Shown: piece by piece, positions 28,149 to 37,884 of the stretch | How the letters are laid out: each line of letters starts with the position of its first letter | How positions within the stretch are numbered: position 1 is the stretch's first letter | Source of the DNA: a bacterium | GTDB lineage: Bacteria > Electryoneota > Electryoneia > Electryoneales > Electryoneaceae | Direction of reading: 5' to 3' | Assembly: GCA_043801585.1 (NCBI GenBank) | Contig: JAZDLX010000115.1 | Span: forward strand, 66,785-130,784 | DNA length: 64,000 nucleotides | Translations under genes and position numbers: made by a program | Notes under the pieces: model-generated | Told to the model about the DNA's origin: nothing | Seen by the model: the letters and a program-made list of their open reading frames with translations, nothing else | Databases searched by the model: none

Positions 28149-28411
28149 CACAGGAATTCGCCATTTTCATCATGCGTGAGACGTTGTTCACGGCATTGAT
28201 GCTTGCGGCTCCGATGCTGCTCGCCGGCCTCATTGTTGGTGTCTCGATCAGCCTGCTGCAATCGATGACACAAGTCCAGGAAATGACCTTGACCTTCATC
28301 CCGAAGATTGTATCGGTGGTGACGGTGCTGATTCTGTTGGCCCCCTGGATGCTGAGTCTGATCACCTCTTTTTTCCACCGCGTTATGGAATACGTCGCAC
28401 AGATTACGTGA
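28145..28411 (+). CDS. fliQ: Flagellar export gate protein FliQ
   Basis: GVSISLLQSMTQVQEMTLTFIPK. Confidence 0.97.
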   Translation: MTQEFAIFIMRETLFTALMLAAPMLLAGLIVGVSISLLQSMTQVQEMTLTFIPKIVSVVTVLILLAPWMLSLITSFFHRVMEYVAQIT

Positions 28412-28423
28412 GGATTCAGAATC

Positions 28424-30175
28424 TTGACTGAGGGAACCTCATCTCGGATTCTCGTCATCGACGACGAACAGAGCATTCGTGAAATGCTCGCCCAAGCCCT
28501 CGAAATCGGAGGGTTTGAGGTGGAGACTGCCACAGATGGGAAAGAGGGTCTTGAAAAATTCAGTGTAGATAAAGCGTTCGATGTTGTGCTTACGGACCTG
28601 ATGATGCCGAAGGTGAACGGCATGCAGGTGCTTGAGGAGGTGAAGAGGCTGGATCCCACGGTCGAGCTGATCATGCTCACCGGTTTCGGTGGTAATGAAT
28701 CCGCCATTGAAGCGATGAAAAAGGGCGCCTACGATTATCTGCAGAAGCCGACCAATGTTGAAGAACTCTTCATCACCGTGCAGAAGGCCATCGAACGAAG
28801 GCGTCTTTCCGAAGAAAACAGACAATATCAGCGGAATCTTGAACGCCTCGTCAGGGAACGGACGCGCGAACTAAGTGAAACGAAGAATTTCCTTCAGTCG
28901 ATCCTCGATTCTTCCCTGGACTATTCAATCATCGCTACCGGTTTGAACGGGGTAATCACCTTGTTCAATAAAGGCTCCGAACGGTTAACGGGTTTTTCCG
29001 CCAAGGATTCAGAAGCAAAGATGACCATCTATGACCTCGTACCCGGACTCGAGGAAAAACTGAAGAAGAGTGGAAAGGACGGACTGAAACCCGAACGAGG
29101 AACTCCGCGGGAGACAGAGTGCACTGTGATGCGTGCCGACGGGGAAATGGTCACCGTTTCGATGTCCATTGCAACCCTGACAAATCAGAAGAAGACGATT
29201 GTCGGCATGTTGTTCATTTCAAAGGACATCACCGAACAGAAAGCGCTTGAAATCGAAGTAAAGAAATACACAGAGAACCTCGAACAGATCGTCGAGGAGC
29301 GTACGGAAGAGCTTGCAAGAAGGAACGAAGAACTCGAAAAAACACTTCATGAACTGAGTGAAACACAGCAACAACTCCTTCAATCGGAAAAACTGGCAAG
29401 CATCGGTCAACTGGCTGCCGGTGTTGCGCATGAGATCAACAATCCCATTGGGTTCGTTCATTCGAATCTCAGCAGCTTGAAGAAATTCAACGGCAGGCTT
29501 CAGCAACTGTTGAAGGAGATCAAGACTTCGGTTCAGGAGAGTAGTCTTTCGAAAGCTCATTTTGACAAACTGTTGGTAGCGTCAAAAATCGAAAAACTCC
29601 TTCCGGAACTTGACACGATGATCGACGAATCTCTCGACGGCACCCAGCGCGTACGAACGATTGTCAGCGATTTGAAAAATTTCAGCAACATCGATCGCGC
29701 TCAAATTCAGGATGCCGATCTGGAGGCCGGTCTGGAAAGCACTCTGAACATCGTGTGGAATGAAATCAAATATAGCACTGAGGTTGAGAAGCATTACGGG
29801 AAATTACCGCTCGTCACCTGCAATCCACAGCAGATCAACCAGGTGTTTCTGAATCTCCTGATAAACGCATCCCACGCTATCAAGGAGCCTCCTGGCAGGA
29901 TTATTATTACAACTGAAAAACTTAATGAAGAGACGGTAGCTATTACGATTCAGGATAACGGTACGGGCATCCCTGAAAATATTCAGAAGAAGATTTTTGA
30001 TCCATTTTTTTCAACCAAACCGATCGGTGAGGGAACAGGTTTAGGTCTCTCGATCAGCTACCGGATCATCAAGGATCACGGAGGTGAAATCGAGGTTTTC
30101 AGTCGAGTGGGGGAAGGGGCAACCTTCCGAATCATTCTCCCGATCAAGGGACCCATGAGCGCAGAGGTGGGTTAG
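28424..30175 (+). CDS. Cytoplasmic hybrid histidine kinase (REC-coiled coil-PAS-HisKA-HATPase)
   Basis: VIDDE/TDLMMP/YLQKP receiver; FNKGSERLTGF..KDITE PAS/PAC; EKLASIGQLAAGVAHEINNP; NLLINA, DNGTGI, FDPFF, GTGLGL; no TM. Confidence 0.93.
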   Translation: MTEGTSSRILVIDDEQSIREMLAQALEIGGFEVETATDGKEGLEKFSVDKAFDVVLTDLMMPKVNGMQVLEEVKRLDPTVELIMLTGFGGNESAIEAMKKGAYDYLQKPTNVEELFITVQKAIERRRLSEENRQYQRNLERLVRERTRELSETKNFLQSILDSSLDYSIIATGLNGVITLFNKGSERLTGFSAKDSEAKMTIYDLVPGLEEKLKKSGKDGLKPERGTPRETECTVMRADGEMVTVSMSIATLTNQKKTIVGMLFISKDITEQKALEIEVKKYTENLEQIVEERTEELARRNEELEKTLHELSETQQQLLQSEKLASIGQLAAGVAHEINNPIGFVHSNLSSLKKFNGRLQQLLKEIKTSVQESSLSKAHFDKLLVASKIEKLLPELDTMIDESLDGTQRVRTIVSDLKNFSNIDRAQIQDADLEAGLESTLNIVWNEIKYSTEVEKHYGKLPLVTCNPQQINQVFLNLLINASHAIKEPPGRIIITTEKLNEETVAITIQDNGTGIPENIQKKIFDPFFSTKPIGEGTGLGLSISYRIIKDHGGEIEVFSRVGEGATFRIILPIKGPMSAEVG

Positions 30176-30178
30176 CAC

Positions 30179-31483
30179 ATGGAAAACACGAAAACACTGC
30201 TCTTCGTCGATGATGAACCGAATATTCTCAGTGCGCTTAAACGCGTATTCCTCGACGACGATTTCGAGGTATTGACGGCCAACTCCGGTAAGGAAGCGCT
30301 TGGATTTTTAAAGAGCAAAGAGATTCAACTGATCATCTCAGACCAGCGGATGCCGGAGATGAGCGGTACAGAACTGCTTGCCAAGGTACGCGAGACAAAG
30401 CCCGAGATCATGCGCATTATCCTATCCGGTTTCGCGGATATGGACGCTGCGGTCGATGCGATCAACAACGGCCAGATCTACCAATTCATCTTTAAACCAT
30501 GGAATGACGAGGAGCTGCGGTCGGTGGTTCTTCGCGCCCTCGAGACACATGATCTCCAGAAAGAAAACAAGCGACTTCTTGTTGAACTAAAGGAACTGAA
30601 CAGCCAGCTTGCCCAGAAGGTCAAGGAACGGACGGCACTGATCGTACAGAAAAACCTCGAACTGGGCAAGTTGAACAAGTCATTGGAATCCTCGCTGGTC
30701 AGCACGGTCCGGGTGTTCGTCAATCTGATCGATCTGAGCCGTCCCGAAGTCAGCCGTCACGCCCGCCGCGTAGCAACACTCGCAACCGCCTTCGCAAAAC
30801 AGATGGATTGGGAGGAAAAACAGATTCATGATATCGAGATCGCAGCGTTGCTGCACGATATCGGAAAAATCGGCATCCCCGTGACTATTCTTCGAAAACC
30901 GAAAGAGGATCTGCTCGACGGCGAGTTGAAAGCCCTGAACAACCATCCGATCATTGGCCAGAATACGCTCGGCGCAATTGATGCCTTCAATTACGTGGGA
31001 AAAATCATACGAGCCCATCATGAACGCTGGGATGGCAAAGGCTTCCCGGATGAATTGTCGGGTGAAGACATCCCCATCGAGGCGCGTCTTCTGGCGGTAT
31101 GCAACCATTATGACCATTTGGAAGAAGAGGGAAGAACCAGGGCGTTCATCGAGAAATTCTTCAGGAATAATGCCGGTGAGGCATTTGACCCCAACATTGT
31201 CAAATACATGCTCGATTTCGTCGGCAACGTGTCTGGATTGGATGATAGCGAGGATGATGGAGGGGGCGGCAGAAGCAGGGCCGAGGAGACAAGTCAACGA
31301 AAGGTGAAAGTTCTCCCCAACGAGTTGAAACCTGGCATGGTGCTCGCGGACAACCTGCTGACCGGAAAGGGCATCTTCCTCCTGCCTCAGGGGCAGTTGC
31401 TGAAGGAAACCCACATCCGTTCAATCCATGACATTCAACGGGTTGATCCGATCAAAGGCTCGATAGAGGTGTTCGTTGAGTAA
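30179..31483 (+). CDS. Response regulator with HD-GYP-type phosphohydrolase output domain
   Basis: FVDDE/SDQRMP/FKPW receiver; HARRVA, LLHDIGKIG, HHERWDGKGFP, IPIEARLLAVCNHYD. Confidence 0.92.
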   Translation: MENTKTLLFVDDEPNILSALKRVFLDDDFEVLTANSGKEALGFLKSKEIQLIISDQRMPEMSGTELLAKVRETKPEIMRIILSGFADMDAAVDAINNGQIYQFIFKPWNDEELRSVVLRALETHDLQKENKRLLVELKELNSQLAQKVKERTALIVQKNLELGKLNKSLESSLVSTVRVFVNLIDLSRPEVSRHARRVATLATAFAKQMDWEEKQIHDIEIAALLHDIGKIGIPVTILRKPKEDLLDGELKALNNHPIIGQNTLGAIDAFNYVGKIIRAHHERWDGKGFPDELSGEDIPIEARLLAVCNHYDHLEEEGRTRAFIEKFFRNNAGEAFDPNIVKYMLDFVGNVSGLDDSEDDGGGGRSRAEETSQRKVKVLPNELKPGMVLADNLLTGKGIFLLPQGQLLKETHIRSIHDIQRVDPIKGSIEVFVE

Positions 31484-31504
31484 GCGTCGCGGTCTGAGGC
31501 GAGC

Positions 31505-32293
31505 GTGGAGATTCTGAACTGGAATATCGACCAGCTCGAACGCTGGTTTTTGATGCTTTTCCGTATCTCAAGCATGCTGATGGTCTTTCCGCTTTATGGC
31601 TACAGCAGCTTTCCTACGATGGCTCGTCTCGTCCTGGCATTCTTCCTGGCGTCTCTCCTGCTGCCCGTGTACGGTCCCTCCGCCGCAATCACCGCGGGTC
31701 CGGGCGTCCTCTATTTCTTCGGCATCGTCATCAGGGAAGTGCTCGTGGGGCTGGCGATAGGGTTTTCGGCTCAACTTCTTTTTGTCGGCGTGCAGTTTGC
31801 AGGACATGTGATTGGTCACACGATGGGATTCGCGATGATGAATGTAATCGATCCGCAATCCGAAACGAATATTCCTTTGATCGGCCAGTTGCTGCAGTTG
31901 CTCGCCTTGCTCATTTTCATTCTGATGAACGGCCACCATTTTCTGCTGCTGGCGCTGGACGAGAGTTTTATCCAGATTCCTGTTGGAACAGGTCTTCTGG
32001 CGGGGCGGGGAATTGAAGGTATTGCACGTTTAAGTTCTGATATATTCGTTGTTGGAGTCAAAATCGGCGCACCGGTGCTCGTCGCCGTGCTGGTCACGGA
32101 GGCGGGGCTTGGCGTCATCGCCAGAACGGTTTCGCAGATCAACGTCTGGCTGATCGGATTTCCGTTGAAGATAGGCATCGGGCTGATCACCATGGCGTTT
32201 TCGCTGCCGATGATCGTTTATGTGTTTGGAAAACTATACGCCGATTGGCAGGGCTCGTTGATCGACTTCATTCGAGCCATGGCAACAGGATAG
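31505..32293 (+). CDS. fliR: Flagellar export gate protein FliR
   Basis: REVLVGLAIGF, AGHVIGHTMGF...IDP, NGHHFLL, ARTVSQINVWLIGFPLKI. Confidence 0.96.
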   Translation: MEILNWNIDQLERWFLMLFRISSMLMVFPLYGYSSFPTMARLVLAFFLASLLLPVYGPSAAITAGPGVLYFFGIVIREVLVGLAIGFSAQLLFVGVQFAGHVIGHTMGFAMMNVIDPQSETNIPLIGQLLQLLALLIFILMNGHHFLLLALDESFIQIPVGTGLLAGRGIEGIARLSSDIFVVGVKIGAPVLVAVLVTEAGLGVIARTVSQINVWLIGFPLKIGIGLITMAFSLPMIVYVFGKLYADWQGSLIDFIRAMATG

Positions 32294-32298
32294 GCATC

Positions 32299-33378
32299 AT
32301 GCCAAAAGAAAATCAGGACGGCACGGAAAAATCCGAACATCCTACCCCGCGAAAAATAAGAAAAGCCCGGCAGGATGGAAACGTTGCCCGCAGCATGGAG
32401 GCGAACAGCGCTGCTGTGCTGACTGCGGGTATTATCGCCCTGATTTTCTTTGGTGGCTGGATCCTGACTCGGATGTCAACGCTGATGATCTGGGTCTTCT
32501 CGAATCTTGGTCAGATCGAAGTGTCGAAGTCCGGATTGCCCTATTACATGAAGGACGGAGCCGTCTGGATGTTCAAGACTCTGATTCCGATCCTCGCTTC
32601 GATCGCCGTCATGGGAATCATCATCAACCTGCTGCAGACGGGTGTTCTCTGGACGGTGAAACCGCTCCAACCCCGCTTCAGCAAATTGAACCCGGTCAGT
32701 GGCGCCAAAAAACTCTTTAACCAGCGAGCCTGGGTACGGCTGCTGACCAACCTGGTCAAGGTCATGATCATCGGCTATGTCGCCTATCGGGTGATTCTCT
32801 GGTCCTGGCCTCATTTCATTCCCCTGATGGATTCGGAAATACCCGTCATTTTCCACTTTCTGGCAAAAACCATACTGCGCCTTCTCATGTGGACGTTGTT
32901 TGCGCTTTATATCATTGCAATTGTTGATTTTTCATATCAGAAATACAAGTATACGGAAGATTTGAAGATGACCAAGCAGGAGGTCAAGGACGAACGAAAA
33001 ATGATGGAAGGAGATCCTCAGGTCAAAGGCAAAATCAGGCAGATGCAGTTCCAGATGGCATTCAACCAGATGATCAAGGAGCTTCCCAATGCGGACGTTG
33101 TTGTCACCAACCCGATTCACGTCGCGGTGGCACTGAAGTACAACGCCGACAAAATGGATGCGCCGGTAGTCGTCGGCAAGGGATTGCGTCTCCTTGCCGA
33201 ACGGATTAAAAAGATTGCACACGAAAACGACATCCCAATCGTTGAAAATCCGCCACTTGCGCGCTCACTTTACAAGCTTTGCAATGTGGGGGAGGAGATC
33301 CCCGGTCATTTCTACCAGGACGTTGCGGAAATTCTGGCCTATATCTACCAGCTTCGCCAAGGTCAACCTGCCACATAA
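32299..33378 (+). CDS. flhB: Flagellar export switch protein FlhB
   Basis: EKSEHPTPRK..ARQDG.VARS, LKMTKQEVKDE, EGDPQVK, VVTNPIHVAVALKY, ENPPLARSL. Confidence 0.97.
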   Translation: MPKENQDGTEKSEHPTPRKIRKARQDGNVARSMEANSAAVLTAGIIALIFFGGWILTRMSTLMIWVFSNLGQIEVSKSGLPYYMKDGAVWMFKTLIPILASIAVMGIIINLLQTGVLWTVKPLQPRFSKLNPVSGAKKLFNQRAWVRLLTNLVKVMIIGYVAYRVILWSWPHFIPLMDSEIPVIFHFLAKTILRLLMWTLFALYIIAIVDFSYQKYKYTEDLKMTKQEVKDERKMMEGDPQVKGKIRQMQFQMAFNQMIKELPNADVVVTNPIHVAVALKYNADKMDAPVVVGKGLRLLAERIKKIAHENDIPIVENPPLARSLYKLCNVGEEIPGHFYQDVAEILAYIYQLRQGQPAT

Positions 33379-33394
33379 ACAAGCATTTACACTT

Positions 33395-33410
33395 CGGCAC
33401 GGGGCTTGCA
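33395..33410 (+). promoter_or_regulatory. sigma54 promoter of the flhA-flhF-flhG-fliA operon
   Basis: CGGCACGGGGCTTGCA, GG-N10-GC spacing, in the flhB-flhA gap. Confidence 0.82.
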
Positions 33411-33449
33411 AACTCTGTACGGAACCCAACTGTGGAGTCACTGCAACCC

Positions 33450-35588
33450 ATGGCCGAAGCCCAGACAAAATCCTATTTCTCAACTGAACAACGTCTCGCC
33501 CAAATCCCTTGGCTTGATAAACTTACGACAAGAGCAGACATCACTCTTGCGGTCGCTGCGGTGGGCGTCGTTGTTCTGATGATCATCCCGATCCCCCCGG
33601 GATTACTCGATGTGCTGATCTCCCTCAACATCACTTTTGCCCTGCTCGTTCTGATGGTGTCGATGTACACCGAACGATCGCTGGACTTCAGCGTATTCCC
33701 GGGTCTGCTCCTGTTGCTGACCCTTTTCCGTCTTGGCATCAACGTCGCATCCACGAGAATGATTCTCGGTTTTGGTTTCGCGGGCAAGGTGATTGCGTCT
33801 TTCGGCAGCTTCGTTGTTGCAGGCAGCTTCGTCGTCGGAATTGTCATTTTCATCATTCTCGTCGTCATCAATTTCATGGTCATCACGAAGGGTTCCGGTC
33901 GTATTGCGGAGGTCGCCGCCCGGTTCACGCTCGACGCGATGCCCGGCAAGCAGATGGCCGTGGATGCGGACATGAACAACGGCTTGATCGAAGAGAATGA
34001 GGCTCGCCGGCGCCGTGATGACATCCGGCGCGAGGCTGATTTCTACGGCGCCATGGATGGTGCTGCGAAATTCGTGCGCGGTGACGCCATGGCGGGTATC
34101 ATCATCACCTTCGTCAACATCATCGGCGGCCTGCTCATCGGCGTGATTCAACGTGACATGTCCTTTCAGCAGGCGCTGACGACATACACGTTACTGACCA
34201 TCGGCGACGGCCTCGTCAGTCAGATTCCGGCACTGATCATCTCCGTTTCCGCGGGTATCATCGTTTCTCGTGCGGCATCCGAAATGAACATGGGCCGTGA
34301 GTTCGCCGGTCAGCTCCTCGTTCACCCTCGTGCGAGTTTCATCACTTCCGGTGTTCTGCTCTTCTTCGCCCTTGTTCCCGGCATGCCGACACTGCCGTTC
34401 CTGCTGCTTTCTGTGACCACCGGCTACATCGGCTGGATGACGCGCCGATCCCGCAAGAAGACGGAATTGACGGCCATCGTTCAGGCCAAGATCCCGAAAG
34501 GTCACGAAGAAAAAATTGAGGACTATCTCTACGTCGATCCGATGGAACTTGAGATCGGCTATGGCCTGATTCCGCTCGTGGACAAGGAGCAGGAGGGCGA
34601 TCTGTTGAACCGGATCACGATGATCCGGAAGCAGCAAGCGATGCAGATGGGGCTTGTGATTCCGCCGATTCGCATTCGGGACAACATTCAGTTGAAACCC
34701 AGCGAGTACGTAATCAAGATCCGTGGCAACGAAGTAGCCCGTGGCGAGCTGCGACTGGGTCACTATCTTGCGTTGAATCCGGGCACCGCCAGCGGCAAGG
34801 TCGAGGGTGTTTCTACCAAGGAACCGACCTATGGACTGCCGGCTCTCTGGATCAACAAGAATGTCAAGGAGAAGGCCGAGAACTTTGGATACACCGTCGT
34901 CGAGCCCACGGCCGTACTCGCAACGCACATCGTCGAAGTGATCAAGGCCAACGCCCACAAGCTGCTTACCCGCAAGGACGTCAACAACCTCGTCGACAAC
35001 CTCAAGGCGGACAACCCCACCGTTGTCGAAGAGTTGATTCCGAACATGATGACGGTGGGCGGGGTGCACAAGGTGCTGCAGAAATTGCTCAAGGAATCGA
35101 TCCCCATCCGCGATCTCGGAACGATCCTCGAGACGCTTGCGGATTATGCGCCGATGTCGAAAGATCCAGAGGTTCTTTTGGAATACGTCCGTTACGCGCT
35201 CGCCCCGACGATCACGCAGAAATTCCAGGATGAGGATGGCCATATTTACGCCCTGACCCTCGATCCCGATGCAGAACAGGTGATTTCAGACGCCGCCCAG
35301 CAGGCGAGCCGTCAGGGCCATTTTGGTGTCGTCGATCTGCCGCCTCAAACGATCAATGTCCTGTACACAAGTCTGTCGAAGCAGGTCGAACGGATGACAT
35401 CCGAGGGACGTCAACCTCTCCTGATTACATCGCCGACTGTCCGTCAAGCTTTCCGGCGATTGACCGAGCCTGTTTTGCCGCAACTCATCGTGCTATCTTA
35501 CGGTGAATTGTTGGTGAACGTTCAGGTGGATTCGATCGGCGTTGTCAGCCTGAATCCAGAACAGGATCAGAAGGCGGCCAAAGCGTAA
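33450..35588 (+). CDS. flhA: Flagellar export apparatus protein FlhA
   Basis: FSVFPGLLL.TLFRL, ITKGSGRIAEVAARFTLDAMPGKQM, FYGAMDGAAKFVRGD, LTIGDGLVSQIP; ATG 33450 lies downstream of the sigma54 site. Confidence 0.98.
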   Translation: MAEAQTKSYFSTEQRLAQIPWLDKLTTRADITLAVAAVGVVVLMIIPIPPGLLDVLISLNITFALLVLMVSMYTERSLDFSVFPGLLLLLTLFRLGINVASTRMILGFGFAGKVIASFGSFVVAGSFVVGIVIFIILVVINFMVITKGSGRIAEVAARFTLDAMPGKQMAVDADMNNGLIEENEARRRRDDIRREADFYGAMDGAAKFVRGDAMAGIIITFVNIIGGLLIGVIQRDMSFQQALTTYTLLTIGDGLVSQIPALIISVSAGIIVSRAASEMNMGREFAGQLLVHPRASFITSGVLLFFALVPGMPTLPFLLLSVTTGYIGWMTRRSRKKTELTAIVQAKIPKGHEEKIEDYLYVDPMELEIGYGLIPLVDKEQEGDLLNRITMIRKQQAMQMGLVIPPIRIRDNIQLKPSEYVIKIRGNEVARGELRLGHYLALNPGTASGKVEGVSTKEPTYGLPALWINKNVKEKAENFGYTVVEPTAVLATHIVEVIKANAHKLLTRKDVNNLVDNLKADNPTVVEELIPNMMTVGGVHKVLQKLLKESIPIRDLGTILETLADYAPMSKDPEVLLEYVRYALAPTITQKFQDEDGHIYALTLDPDAEQVISDAAQQASRQGHFGVVDLPPQTINVLYTSLSKQVERMTSEGRQPLLITSPTVRQAFRRLTEPVLPQLIVLSYGELLVNVQVDSIGVVSLNPEQDQKAAKA

Positions 35589-35631
35589 AATCGTCTAACG
35601 CATCATCGACCGCAGGTGGGGAAAACCCCGG

Positions 35632-36915
35632 ATGATTATTAAGAAATTCATCGCGGATTCAATGAACGAAGCCCTGGCGCAGATCAAGCAGGAGCTTGGG
35701 GAGGATGCAGTGATCCTCCAGTCCCGCAGGGTGGAAAAATCCGGATTGCTCGGCGGGAGACAGCAGGTCGAGGTGACCGCCGCGACTCCGGACCGTCATC
35801 CTGCGCCTCCTCGTGGTCGAAAACCTCTGGTGAGCGAAAGCATGCGCCGTTCGCTGGAGGAGGGGGTCGAAACGACTCCCCTTCGCCAGAAGCCGCTGGG
35901 GACGAGGAGATACAACCGCCCCGACGCAGGCACGGAATCTCGTTCACGCCGCCCGGCATCGCCATCCACACCAGCGCCTGAAGTCAAGGAGATGGAGAAG
36001 GAGATCCGGGATCTGCGACGAACCGTCGAAGATCTGGCGACTCACCTGAAAAGCCAGGAATCGCCCGATGTCCCAGAGGTACTGAAACGCTCATGGAATG
36101 ATCTTATTTCTAACGATGTTACCAAATCGACTGCAACCGACCTGGTTGTCGAACTGAGCCGCAGGCTGACTCCCGAACAGTTGCCGGATGAGGATCTCGT
36201 TGAATCACGCCTGCACGACCTGATCGCCGAGAAATTCCGCATTGCACGACCCAAAGGAGTTTTACGCATCGAAGACCGGCCACGGGCGATTGCACTGATC
36301 GGCCCGACGGGGGTGGGGAAGACTACAACCCTTGCGAAGATGGCGACGAACAGAAAGGTTTTTGGCGAGGCGGACGTCGCCCTTATCTCCACGGACACCT
36401 ATCGTGTGGCCGCTGTTGAACAGTTGAAAACCTTTGCCAGCATCGCGGGAATTCCCATGGATGTCGTCTACCGTCCCGAAGAGCTAGCCCGTTCGCTGGA
36501 ACGTCACCGCAAACGGGATGTAGTGTTGATCGACACAGCCGGCAGAAGCCAGAACGATTATGAAGCTCTTAACGAGTTGAAGACCTTTATGAACGCCGCG
36601 CCGATCGACGAGGTCGTTCTCGTCATGGCGGCGAATATACGTGTCGAAGATCAGCGCCAGATGATCGAGAGGTTTTCGTCGATCCCGGCCAATCGGGTGA
36701 TCATTACGAAACTGGATGAAGCGACATCCGCCGGTCATCTTCTCGAGATGTCACGGTTGCTTCCTCGTGGATGGATTTACCTGACCACGGGCCAGAACGT
36801 ACCCGATGACATCACCGAAGCGGATGAGTTGCTGTTGGCCGCGATGGTGGCAAAGAAAGACTATTTCGAGCAGTTGCGTTCGAACGGATTCCGTTTGCCG
36901 ACGGCTGCTGATTAA
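35632..36915 (+). CDS. flhF: SRP-type GTPase FlhF
   Basis: IKQELGEDAVIL, GPTGVGKTTTLAK, DTYR, DTAGRS, TKLDE, TGQNVPDD. Confidence 0.97.
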   Translation: MIIKKFIADSMNEALAQIKQELGEDAVILQSRRVEKSGLLGGRQQVEVTAATPDRHPAPPRGRKPLVSESMRRSLEEGVETTPLRQKPLGTRRYNRPDAGTESRSRRPASPSTPAPEVKEMEKEIRDLRRTVEDLATHLKSQESPDVPEVLKRSWNDLISNDVTKSTATDLVVELSRRLTPEQLPDEDLVESRLHDLIAEKFRIARPKGVLRIEDRPRAIALIGPTGVGKTTTLAKMATNRKVFGEADVALISTDTYRVAAVEQLKTFASIAGIPMDVVYRPEELARSLERHRKRDVVLIDTAGRSQNDYEALNELKTFMNAAPIDEVVLVMAANIRVEDQRQMIERFSSIPANRVIITKLDEATSAGHLLEMSRLLPRGWIYLTTGQNVPDDITEADELLLAAMVAKKDYFEQLRSNGFRLPTAAD

Positions 36916-37008
36916 TCGGAACGTCGTCCGGCGCGCAGGCGACAGCGGAGATGCCGCGTTTCTCGCGCAGGATGGACATGTCCGTCAGCTGTTTCTGAAA
37001 GGGAGTGC

Positions 37009-37884
37009 GTGACGCGAGATCAGGCATCAACTCTCCGTTCCCAGAACGGAGATCGTGAAAAGCGGGAGGGGCGTGCAACTCGTGCACGCCGCATCGCTGT
37101 GACAAGCGGCAAGGGAGGCGTAGGCAAATCGAACGTCAGCCTCAACCTCGCCATTGCTCTCGCCAGAATCGGCCGCAAGGTTCTCCTCGTGGATGCCGAC
37201 ACGAATCTCGCAAACATCGACATCCTGCTCGGCATCCAGGCGCGTCACACGCTCGCTGACGTCATCTTCGGAGAAGCATTTTTCGGCGACATTCTGCTCG
37301 AAGGCCCCGAGGGAATCACGATCCTCCCCGGTTCCAGCGGGGTCGTGGAAATCATGGAGGAGGACGAGATTGTCCGTCAGAAGATGTTCGATGCTTTTGA
37401 CGACCTCGAACGGCGTTTCGATGTGCTGCTGATCGACACCGGAGCCGGACTTTCTAAAAATGTTCTCCATTTCGTCTCAAGTGCAGACGATGCCGTCCTG
37501 GTGACGAATTCCGAGCCGACATCGATCACCGACGCCTACGCTATGGTCAAAGTGGCGACACACCAGAATCCCGCTCTCAGAATGCAGGCGGTGATCAACC
37601 TCACAGCCAGGGAACAGGACGCCATCGACACGTTTGAGAAGCTTCAACTCGCCGTCAGGAATTTTCTCAGCGTCGATATCGAATTACTGGGAATGCTCCC
37701 GTTTGATAAAAACGTTCAGGCGGCGGTAGCGCAAAGGCAGCCATTCCTGACGTTATACCCCAAGAGTGCAGCTTCGACAGCGATCATGCTGATGGCGCAC
37801 AAGCTGATGCGCCGGACGCAGGCTCCGGCGGAGAACAGCGGAAACCTGGCTCACAGGATTTATGACAAAATGGGTGGTGCATGA
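37009..37884 (+). CDS. flhG: MinD-like ATPase FlhG/FleN
   Basis: DQASTLR N-terminal helix, TSGKGGVGKS, DADTNLAN, DTGAG, EPTSITDAYAMVK. Confidence 0.95.
   Translation: MTRDQASTLRSQNGDREKREGRATRARRIAVTSGKGGVGKSNVSLNLAIALARIGRKVLLVDADTNLANIDILLGIQARHTLADVIFGEAFFGDILLEGPEGITILPGSSGVVEIMEEDEIVRQKMFDAFDDLERRFDVLLIDTGAGLSKNVLHFVSSADDAVLVTNSEPTSITDAYAMVKVATHQNPALRMQAVINLTAREQDAIDTFEKLQLAVRNFLSVDIELLGMLPFDKNVQAAVAQRQPFLTLYPKSAASTAIMLMAHKLMRRTQAPAENSGNLAHRIYDKMGGA

Noticed and set aside
33279..33449. N-terminal extensions in the ORF track (flhA 33279, lnt 4460, flgB 7871, fliE 9212, flhB 32245, TPR 39270, flgF 41235, flgH 43233, GT 55484)
   Set aside because: They overlap upstream genes or promoters; downstream starts fit SD/coupling and family N-termini better
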